In this document: positions 56,981 to 64,000 of the stretch, in pieces | Layout of the letters: each line of letters begins with the position of its first letter | Position numbering within the stretch: the first letter of the stretch is position 1 | Assembly (NCBI GenBank): GCA_028820695.1 | Contig: JAPPIB010000055.1 | Span: 64,015 to 128,014 of the forward strand | Origin: Acidiferrobacterales bacterium | GTDB lineage: Bacteria > Pseudomonadota > Gammaproteobacteria > Arenicellales > JAJDZL01 | DNA length: 64,000 nt | Direction: 5' to 3' | Notes under the pieces: model-generated | Database searches by the model: none | What the model was told of the DNA's origin: nothing | What the model saw: only the letters and a program-made list of their open reading frames with translations | Program-made: the position numbers and the translations under genes

Positions 56981-57862
56981 ATGCGCCGGACAGGAAACAT
57001 CACCGTGTCTGGAATTTCGAGTGCTGTCGTTGCGCTTTTTGCACTTTGGCTGCCACTCGCTTTCAGTCCGGCCGGTGCTGAGATCAGGTCGGATGCGTCA
57101 ACCGGGGCCTCGCTCGACGGAAGTTTTACCCAGGGCGGGCTGATTATCGGTACCACCAGGCCCGGCGCGAAAGTCGTGTTCAACGGGAATCCGGTACGTG
57201 TCTCCGGACAGGGCAAGTTTCTGATCGGATTCGGACGCGATGCAAAGCCCTTGTGGCCACTGGTCATCGAGTACCCTGATGGCCAACTTTTCACGAGTGA
57301 AGTTGAGATATCGAAACGTGAATATGACATCCAGCGCATTGATGGCCTTGCGCCGAGCATGGTTACCCCCTCGGAAGAGGACCTTGAAAGAATTGTTCAG
57401 GAAACCGCACTCATAAATAAAGCACGGAAGATTGATGATGAAAGAACGGATTTTCTCGAACCGTTTGACTGGCCGGTCCATGGAATCATCACCGGTGTAT
57501 ACGGCAGCCAGCGAATCCTGAATGGTGAGCCGCGAAGACCACATTATGGCATTGACATCGCGGTGCCTGCCGATACGCCTGTGCGCGCACCGGCATCCGG
57601 CATTGTTACCGTTGCACACCCTGATATGTACTTTTCAGGCGGCACAGTGATCATTGATCACGGACATGGATTGTCCTCAGCCTTCTTGCATCTTGGAGGA
57701 ATTCTTGTCACAGAGGGGGAGCATGTGAAGAAAGGACAGCCGTTTGCGACCGTCGGGTCATCGGGCAGAAGTACCGGCGCACACCTCGATTGGCGAATCA
57801 ATCTTTTTTCGAGTCGGCTTGATGTCGGACTGCTTGTCGGCGAGATGCCGCCGCTCGACTGA
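56981..57862 (+). CDS. M23 family metallopeptidase
   Basis: A signal peptide is followed by HYGIDIAVP..TPVRAPASGIV and HLDWR (the HxxxD and HxH zinc motifs of LytM-type peptidases). Confidence 0.85.
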   Translation: MRRTGNITVSGISSAVVALFALWLPLAFSPAGAEIRSDASTGASLDGSFTQGGLIIGTTRPGAKVVFNGNPVRVSGQGKFLIGFGRDAKPLWPLVIEYPDGQLFTSEVEISKREYDIQRIDGLAPSMVTPSEEDLERIVQETALINKARKIDDERTDFLEPFDWPVHGIITGVYGSQRILNGEPRRPHYGIDIAVPADTPVRAPASGIVTVAHPDMYFSGGTVIIDHGHGLSSAFLHLGGILVTEGEHVKKGQPFATVGSSGRSTGAHLDWRINLFSSRLDVGLLVGEMPPLD

Positions 57863-57886
57863 TCCGCTTCAATCACAAGACTTGCC

Positions 57887-58438
57887 ATGCAATCGGTCCG
57901 GAACTATCGCGGCATCGCTATTGGCATCGTGGCGATGGGTACCGTCATCACCATCTCCAATGTGCTGGTCCAATACCCGATCAATGACTGGCTGACATGG
58001 GGCCATTTCAGTTTTCCCATCACCTTCCTGATCGCCGATCTGCTGAACCGCAAATTGGGCCCCTCCCACGCCCGTATCGTTGCATATGCCGGATTTGTTG
58101 CTGCTGTGATGCTGTCAATCTGGCTGGCGACACCGCGCATCGCACTGGCATCAGGGCTCGCCTTCATCTCAGGACAGCTGACAGACATTGCGGTCTTCCA
58201 CCGCCTGCGAAAACTCAAATGGTGGCGAGCGCCGCTGATCTCCTCAAGTATTGCTTCGACTGTCGACACGATCATCTTCTACTCGATTGCGTTCGCCGCC
58301 ACCGGAATGCCCTGGATCACGTGGGCGATCGGTGATTATGCAGTCAAACTCCTCACCGCTGTGTTTCTCCTCCTGCCGTTTTTTGTCATCACAAACAGAA
58401 TCTGGTCCGGCCAAGGTACATCGGCAGACCAGGCGTGA
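57887..58438 (+). CDS. yhhQ: Queuosine precursor transporter (YhhQ/VUT family)
   Basis: This polytopic protein shows ISNVLVQYPIN, FPITFLIADLLN, SGQLTDIAVFHRLR and DTIIFYSIAF, typical of YhhQ/DUF165. Confidence 0.72.
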   Translation: MQSVRNYRGIAIGIVAMGTVITISNVLVQYPINDWLTWGHFSFPITFLIADLLNRKLGPSHARIVAYAGFVAAVMLSIWLATPRIALASGLAFISGQLTDIAVFHRLRKLKWWRAPLISSSIASTVDTIIFYSIAFAATGMPWITWAIGDYAVKLLTAVFLLLPFFVITNRIWSGQGTSADQA

Positions 58439-58493
58439 CAGGCTGTTTTCGGGAGGTTTGGACGGGTAGCCGATCGAGTCGTTCGGACCTGGA

Positions 58494-59300
58494 TCAGCTG
58501 CCCATACCGACACAGAATCGGCACCGATAGCCAGATGGCCGGGAGCGTACGAGCTCCTCGGCCTGCTCTTCGGACTTGACCGCCGCAAACACCGCTCCGC
58601 CTGAACCGGTCATCTTGGCCTCCCCGTGTTGTCCAAGCCACTCCAGGGCCAGCCTGACTTCGGGGTAAAGTCGACAGGCAGTCTGCTCCAGGTCGTTGCA
58701 GACGGCACCGTCGTAGAAATCCTGCATCGAAATTCGGTCGCGATAAGGCGACAGATCGCACTGCGAGAAAACTCGTCGGGTAGAGACCTCGACCGGCGGT
58801 ACAACTACCAGGTAAAGCTGCTCAGACAGGGAAATCCCTGATAGGTGTTCCCCGATGCCTTGCGCCCACGCGTTTGTTCCGTGGATGAACACTGGAACGT
58901 CCGCACCGACGTCCGCACCGACTTCAGCGAGTTCAGCGGCTGAAAGATCGAGTTTCCACAGGCTGTTCAATGCGATCAGGGTTGTCGCGGCATCCGAACT
59001 GCCGCCACCCAGTCCGCTCCCGGCAGGGATATTCTTCTTCAGTCGGATATCCACCCCTTCAGTGCCCGGAAACCGGTCTCTCAGCGCGCAGGCCGCTTTC
59101 ACGGTCAGGCATTGTTCTTCCGCAATGCCTGGCACCTCGGATGGCCGCCTTATCCGTCCATCCGGACTGACCTCGAATTCCAGCTCGTCCTTCCAGTCAA
59201 TGAGCTGATAGACGGTTTGCAGTTGGTGATATCCGTTCTCCAGACGGCCTACGACATGAAGAAAGAGGTTCAGCTTGGCCGGGGCGTGCCAGATCTTCAT
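58494..59300 (-). CDS. ispE: 4-diphosphocytidyl-2-C-methyl-D-erythritol kinase
   Basis: It shows APAKLNLFLHVVGR..GYH.L and the GHMP kinase motif KNIPAGSGLGGGSSDAAT. Confidence 0.92.
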   Translation of the reverse strand: MKIWHAPAKLNLFLHVVGRLENGYHQLQTVYQLIDWKDELEFEVSPDGRIRRPSEVPGIAEEQCLTVKAACALRDRFPGTEGVDIRLKKNIPAGSGLGGGSSDAATTLIALNSLWKLDLSAAELAEVGADVGADVPVFIHGTNAWAQGIGEHLSGISLSEQLYLVVVPPVEVSTRRVFSQCDLSPYRDRISMQDFYDGAVCNDLEQTACRLYPEVRLALEWLGQHGEAKMTGSGGAVFAAVKSEEQAEELVRSRPSGYRCRFCVGMGS

Positions 59301-59340
59301 TGAATTCGCCGTTCAGACACCGGTAACGGCTATGGTGGAA

Positions 59341-59970
59341 TTATTCGATTCCCCAATCGGAGATGACAATCCGTATCTCTTCGATTTTCTCACCAGACTC
59401 ATCGGATGTTAACGTTTGTGCATCTTGCACAAGATTCAACCTTGTCGGGAGCTGATAGCCGCCTGCATCGCGGTATTTTGAGAAGCTGACTGTCCAGCCG
59501 GCCTGTTGGACCGAGATCAAGCGACCTTCTACATCCCATACGTTTACCGAACCGAATTTCGGATCAATCGCACCGACCAGCCAGTAAATGAGCGCTTCGA
59601 CCGGCAGCGACTGTCCGGTTCGCTGCTCAAGTACAGCCTGCATGTTCGAGCCGATGATCCTGCGCCCCTGTGTGTCCTCAAGCACAACACCATCTGAATC
59701 CTGAATGATGCGAATTCGCCGCGAGCCGAAATTCCCATAAATCTCCAACTGGTGTGCATCCCCGTTACGGACCCAGAGCAATCTGCCGATCTCGCCCTTC
59801 GACCCCGCTCGGATACTGATCCGACCGCGCAGATTCCAGTGATCGATGGTGGATACGGTCGCGGCATGGGATCGATAGACGTCAAGATCGACTGATTCGA
59901 TTGCGGTCTCAACGGTCGCACAGCCCGTCATGAAGACCAAAGCCAGCGATATGATCAGTGCGCGATTCAT
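59341..59970 (-). CDS. lolB: Outer-membrane lipoprotein LolB
   Basis: The internal start MNRALIISLALVFMTGC provides the lipobox. It sits in the conserved TPR-lolB-ispE arrangement, with W.LRGRISIR..., GQSLPVEALIYWLVG and LPTRLNL. Confidence 0.75.
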   Translation of the reverse strand: MNRALIISLALVFMTGCATVETAIESVDLDVYRSHAATVSTIDHWNLRGRISIRAGSKGEIGRLLWVRNGDAHQLEIYGNFGSRRIRIIQDSDGVVLEDTQGRRIIGSNMQAVLEQRTGQSLPVEALIYWLVGAIDPKFGSVNVWDVEGRLISVQQAGWTVSFSKYRDAGGYQLPTRLNLVQDAQTLTSDESGEKIEEIRIVISDWGIE

Positions 59971-61691
59971 CAGTTGACGAATCTTTCGACTGTTTCTTTC
60001 AATATCCTGTCCTGGGGCGACTTCTTCAGGGCCCGGTCCCAAATGACTCTTGCCTTGCTCTGGTTGCCGATCGCCCAGTACACCTCACCTAGATGAGCCG
60101 CGATAACCGGGTCGTCCCGCCTGTCGAGGGCGGTTTCGAGAAAATCGATCGCAGAATCGGGGTTTCCGAGTTTGAACTGAACCCAACCCATGCTATCGAG
60201 AACATAAGGATCGTTCGGTTTCAAGGCCAGTGCCTTCTCGATCAGTTCCAGGGCCTCGGTCAGCCGATCGGTCTGATCCGCCAGCACGTAACCCAACGAG
60301 TTGAGCGCAGCGGGGTTGTCAGGGTCCTGTTCAAGTATCGCTCTGATGTCAGCTTCCGCCGGTTCGACCTGATTGAGTTCGGCCAGAATATGACTTCGAG
60401 CCAACAGCAACGACGCGTTCCCGGGCAAAATCTCCAACGCCTCATCCAGGGTTTGTCTTGCCTGATCATATCTGTGAGCGTCCAGATAAACCTGACTCTC
60501 GGACAAAGACAGGCGGACACGCTCCCGATCGTCGCTGGGTCTGTATTCTTCCAGCAGCGATATCCCTTCTTCCACACTATCGGTTCTTGCGATGTACTGT
60601 GCGGACAGCGAAATTCTCTGAAAGACAAATCTTGGCGATCTGATTTGATTGATCCACTCCCTGGCTTCATCGTATCTCATCTGTTTAAGCGCGATTTCCG
60701 CGAGTCCCAGCAATACCACCTGATCCCGCGGTCTGAGTTCCCGGTAGCCTAGATAGCTCTCGTACGCCAGATCCGGATAGTTTGCCCGCGAGTGCAGGTC
60801 ACCAAGTTCCAGAAGTGACTCTGCGCTTTCGATCTGCTCAAACTGATCGACAGCTTCCCGGTAATATCCATTATCTGACAGATATTGTGCGTAAGCCTCT
60901 CTCAGTTTCGGCGATTCGGAATTGTATCGAAGATGCCTGACTGCGAATGATTCAGCCTCCTGTTCCCGATTGGTGAAACGAAGCAGGTTGAATTTCGCGT
61001 GGGCCTGCAAGTCGGTATCTTCTATGACATCCTCCAAAGCTTCAAGCAGCGCATCAGTCTCCTCATTGCTCTTGCCGGCAGAAATTGCAAAACTGATCTG
61101 GAACAGACGCCCTTCCTGGTTGTCCGGAAACCGAGACAACACAACGCTGAGGAGATCAAATGCCACATCAGGGCTCAGATTGAGTCTGAGAATCCGCCCG
61201 ATCTGCTGAATCATGTCGGACTGGTCGGGTGCCAATTCCATGGCCTGGAAAAAGTCGGTCGATGCGTCATCATGGTTGCCAGTAATGACCTTGACCGTCC
61301 CTCGCCAGTACCACGCATCAGAATCCTCCGGACTGAGCTCCACCCATAAATCCGTTGTATTGGCTGCGACATCCAACCGGGAATTCTCGACTGCCATTAT
61401 TGAAGCTCTCGCTACAATTCTGGGATCGCGCGTTTCAAACCCGACTTCCTCAAAAATCTCAATGGCGGCGTGAGCATCGTTACGGAAGTAGGACATCTCG
61501 GCGAGCATGAGTTTCGACAACAAGTCTGCATTGAGCTGGACGTCCGGCAGGTTTGCGGTGGTGGAACCGTCGCTGACCTCACCCGGGTCGGGCTGCGGCG
61601 ACATCATGGAGGCAGTACAGCCTCCCAAACTGACCGCCGCTAATACAATGACCGCGAGTTTTCGAATTGGTACTGCCTTCGGTTCTGTCAT
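59970..61691 (-). CDS. Tetratricopeptide-repeat lipoprotein upstream of lolB
   Basis: It has the lipobox SLGGC and many TPR units (for example NPAALNSLGYVLADQ and ALKPNDPYVLDSMGWVQFKLGN). Its position matches the TPR gene that precedes lolB in pseudomonads. Confidence 0.7.
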   Translation of the reverse strand: MTEPKAVPIRKLAVIVLAAVSLGGCTASMMSPQPDPGEVSDGSTTANLPDVQLNADLLSKLMLAEMSYFRNDAHAAIEIFEEVGFETRDPRIVARASIMAVENSRLDVAANTTDLWVELSPEDSDAWYWRGTVKVITGNHDDASTDFFQAMELAPDQSDMIQQIGRILRLNLSPDVAFDLLSVVLSRFPDNQEGRLFQISFAISAGKSNEETDALLEALEDVIEDTDLQAHAKFNLLRFTNREQEAESFAVRHLRYNSESPKLREAYAQYLSDNGYYREAVDQFEQIESAESLLELGDLHSRANYPDLAYESYLGYRELRPRDQVVLLGLAEIALKQMRYDEAREWINQIRSPRFVFQRISLSAQYIARTDSVEEGISLLEEYRPSDDRERVRLSLSESQVYLDAHRYDQARQTLDEALEILPGNASLLLARSHILAELNQVEPAEADIRAILEQDPDNPAALNSLGYVLADQTDRLTEALELIEKALALKPNDPYVLDSMGWVQFKLGNPDSAIDFLETALDRRDDPVIAAHLGEVYWAIGNQSKARVIWDRALKKSPQDRILKETVERFVN

Positions 61692-61909
61692 TGCTGAAGC
61701 TGTGTTTCGGTCATCGTGTGGTCGGGACGATACGCTCGGAAACTGATCGACCGGGTGTGAATCATCTCGTAGTGTCTGAAGTCGATTTAATCACTTCATT
61801 ATAATGATAGAAACCTCTGACATTCGGATTCGTGAGACAGAATCACTGTCGAAACTGCCGATACCAAGTGATTGAATAACTATAAATACCACAGCGATAA
61901 GGCCTGCCA

Positions 61910-62998
61910 ATGAAAGATTCGCTGAGAAATAAGCTTGATACGCTGACCGCCCGCCACGATACATTGAACATTCAGTTGTCAGAACCTGAAAATCTGCGCA
62001 ATCCGGAACGTCTGCGACAGCTTTCGATTGAGCTGTCCGAGATTTCGGAAGTCGTGCGGAAGTACCGCGAGCATTGCAGTCTTGAGGAGCAGCTGGAGGA
62101 GGCCAAAGTCCTGTTACAGGACGACGATCAGCAGATTCAGGCAATGGCTCGCACAGAGATACAGGAACTTGAGGAGGGCATTGAGACTACCAGCGGGCAG
62201 CTGCAACGATTGCTCTTGCCAAAAGATCCCAATGACAAGCGCAATATTTTCCTTGAGATCCGTGCGGGAACCGGAGGGGACGAAGCGGCGATGTTCGCCG
62301 GTGACCTTTACCGAATGTACCGAGTCTATGTGCAAAACCGGGGCTGGAAAATTGAGACAGTCAGCGAGCACGAAGGTGAGTACGGCGGTTATAAGGAAGT
62401 GATTCTCAGAGTGATCGGTACCGGTGCCCATTCACGGTTGAAGTTTGAATCTGGCACGCATCGGGTGCAGCGAGTGCCTAAGACTGAAGCCCAGGGCCGA
62501 ATCCATACATCGGCCTGTACGGTTGCTGTGCTGCCAGAAACAGAGCAGGCCAGCGTTGACATCAATACACAAGACTTGCGGGTGGACACGTATCGCGCCT
62601 CCGGAGCGGGTGGACAGCATGTCAATCGAACCGATTCCGCAGTTCGGATAACGCACCTGCCGTCAGGTATCGTGGTCGAGTGCCAGGATGAGCGTTCGCA
62701 GCATCAGAACCGTGCGCGGGCCATGACCATGCTCCGGACGCGACTGCTACAGGCCGAAATCCAGAAACAACACGATGAGCGCAGCGAAACACGCAGGCTC
62801 ATGGTGGGCTCCGGCGATCGTTCGGAAAGAATTCGAACCTACAATTTTCCGCAGAGTCGGGTTACCGACCATCGGATCAATCTGACGCTGTATCGACTTG
62901 AAGAATTTATTGGCGGGGATATGGATCAGGTCATCGACCCGCTGACCGCGGAACACCAGGCCGCACTGATGGCCGATATGGAAATGGAAGGGCGATGA
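61910..62998 (+). CDS. prfA: Peptide chain release factor 1
   Basis: It has the PKT tripeptide in VQRVPKTE, the GGQ motif [12 protein letters not shown] and the overall RF1 length. Confidence 0.96.
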   Translation: MKDSLRNKLDTLTARHDTLNIQLSEPENLRNPERLRQLSIELSEISEVVRKYREHCSLEEQLEEAKVLLQDDDQQIQAMARTEIQELEEGIETTSGQLQRLLLPKDPNDKRNIFLEIRAGTGGDEAAMFAGDLYRMYRVYVQNRGWKIETVSEHEGEYGGYKEVILRVIGTGAHSRLKFESGTHRVQRVPKTEAQGRIHTSACTVAVLPETEQASVDINTQDLRVDTYRASGAGGQHVNRTDSAVRITHLPSGIVVECQDERSQHQNRARAMTMLRTRLLQAEIQKQHDERSETRRLMVGSGDRSERIRTYNFPQSRVTDHRINLTLYRLEEFIGGDMDQVIDPLTAEHQAALMADMEMEGR

Positions 62999-63852
62999 AC
63001 ATTCCGTTGTCGGTGACAGTCGGGCAGGCGCGACGGGCCGGAATCAACCGGCTGCAGTCCATCAGCGATTCCGCAAGGCTCGATGTCGATATCATTCTGT
63101 CGCAAGCCATGCCGATACATCGGAATATGCTGAATCTGGTGTCACATGTCGAGTTGGATGTCGCCCAGCAGAACCGGTTTGAGTCGTTGCTTGCCAGACG
63201 CATGAAAGGCGAGCCCATCGCCTACATTACAGGAATGCGGGAATTCTGGTCACTTGATCTTGTCGTCAGCCCGGCGACGCTGGTGCCGCGCCCGGAAACC
63301 GAACTGGTTGTCGAACGCGCGTTGGCCCGCTGCAGGGAGCTGCAATCACCGCGCATCGCAGACCTCGGAACAGGCAGCGGTGCCATTGCCCTGGCGCTGG
63401 CTTTTGAGCTTGGTAACGCGGACATTACCGCGACCGACATATCACAACAAGCCCTTAAGGTCGCGCGCCGCAATCAGCAGAATCTGAACTTGGACAATGT
63501 GACATTCATTCAGGGCGACTGGACCGACACGTTGTCATCGTTGCGATTTGATGCCATTGTCTCGAATCCACCGTATATCCGGGAAGACGATCCGTGCCTG
63601 ATGGATATATTCATGCAACACGAACCGAGGCTCGCTCTGACCGGCGGTAGTGATGGACTCAGTGCGGTACGCCGGATCATCGAATCTTCGGTCAGATATC
63701 TCAATCCGGATGGCTGGCTGATTGTTGAGCACGGCTTCAATCAGGGCGAGGCGGCTCGCGAGGTGATGACGCGTTGCGGTTATGCTCAGATCCGCACTTT
63801 CAAGGATCTCGCCGGCTTGTCTCGGGTTACCGAGGGACAGGTGGCGGGATAA
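62995..63852 (+). CDS. prmC: Release-factor glutamine N5-methyltransferase PrmC (HemK)
   Basis: It has an ATGA overlap with prfA and shows [18 protein letters not shown], the SAM motif [12 protein letters not shown] and the catalytic NPPY. Confidence 0.92.
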   Translation: MNIPLSVTVGQARRAGINRLQSISDSARLDVDIILSQAMPIHRNMLNLVSHVELDVAQQNRFESLLARRMKGEPIAYITGMREFWSLDLVVSPATLVPRPETELVVERALARCRELQSPRIADLGTGSGAIALALAFELGNADITATDISQQALKVARRNQQNLNLDNVTFIQGDWTDTLSSLRFDAIVSNPPYIREDDPCLMDIFMQHEPRLALTGGSDGLSAVRRIIESSVRYLNPDGWLIVEHGFNQGEAAREVMTRCGYAQIRTFKDLAGLSRVTEGQVAG

Positions 63853-63859
63853 GGGTTCT

Positions 63860-64000
63860 CTATAGTGCGAACTGTGCGATCACCGGCGTGTGGTCGGATG
63901 GCCGCTCCAGCTTTCTGGGCTCGATATCGATTGTGCAGCTTGAACAGGTCTTCCGCAGCGCTTCACTGACCATGATGAGATCGATTCGAAGGCCGAGATT
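63860..64000 (-). CDS. xthA: Exodeoxyribonuclease III, C-terminal 46 codons only (the N-terminus is beyond the window)
   Basis: The minus-strand translation [46 protein letters not shown]-stop matches the ExoIII C-terminal RIDLIL.S....C.ID...R....PSDHAPV block. Confidence 0.7.
   Translation of the reverse strand, partial: NLGLRIDLIMVSEALRKTCSSCTIDIEPRKLERPSDHTPVIAQFAL

Noticed and set aside
60093-60752. 219-aa plus-strand ORF.
   Set aside because: It is antisense to the TPR lipoprotein gene upstream of lolB.
1-64000. CRISPR arrays, rRNA/tRNA genes, IS elements and integrases.
   Set aside because: I scanned the intergenic regions and saw no regularly spaced repeats, no tRNA-like cloverleaf candidates and no transposase or integrase-like ORFs. 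A tRNAscan/Infernal run would be needed to exclude small RNAs.

Overview
This window is an origin-proximal chromosomal segment with gammaproteobacterial (Pseudomonas-like) synteny, and it is almost entirely coding. The conserved backbone runs: priA (partial), fructosamine kinase, NUDIX, AEC transporter, coaX, PEBP, mlaA, apaH, apaG. It continues with gyrB-dnaN-dnaA on the minus strand with no recF, frmA-fghA, rpmH-rnpA-yidD-yidC-mnmE, mnmG-rsmG-parA-parB, and a BamC-like lipoprotein. Next come a TesA-like esterase, yggS, rmuC, vsr, a YbbA/YbbP-like ABC pair, tyrS, a GATase and a thioesterase. The last block is an amino-acid ABC operon, thrC, an M23 peptidase, yhhQ, ispE-lolB-TPR, prfA-prmC and xthA (partial). 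I recognised no rRNA, tRNA, CRISPR array, transposase or integrase. Three things do not belong to this backbone. (1) An eight-ORF co-directional envelope cluster at 42.3-51.3 kb. Its core is a MotA/TolQ/ExbB-like channel protein followed by two ExbD/TolR-like proteins (single-pass TM with a conserved Asp, then a coiled coil) that end in vWA/MIDAS domains. Upstream of the core are a TolA-like TM/TPR protein, a PEGA + FGE-sulfatase protein, two secreted or lipoproteins and an unannotated 53-aa membrane ORF. (2) A second, divergent MotA-like + ExbD-like pair at 21.35-24.34 kb, wedged between mnmE and mnmG, in which the ExbD-like subunit carries a coiled coil of about 530 aa. (3) A single-gene islet at 29.8-32.2 kb carrying a COG1373-type AAA ATPase with an extra C-terminal domain, bracketed by 42-bp imperfect direct repeats. 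I do not recognise either stator-like module as a described system. They are my best candidates for a new proton-motive-force-driven envelope or defence-type machine. All family assignments come from reading motifs by eye, with no database search.
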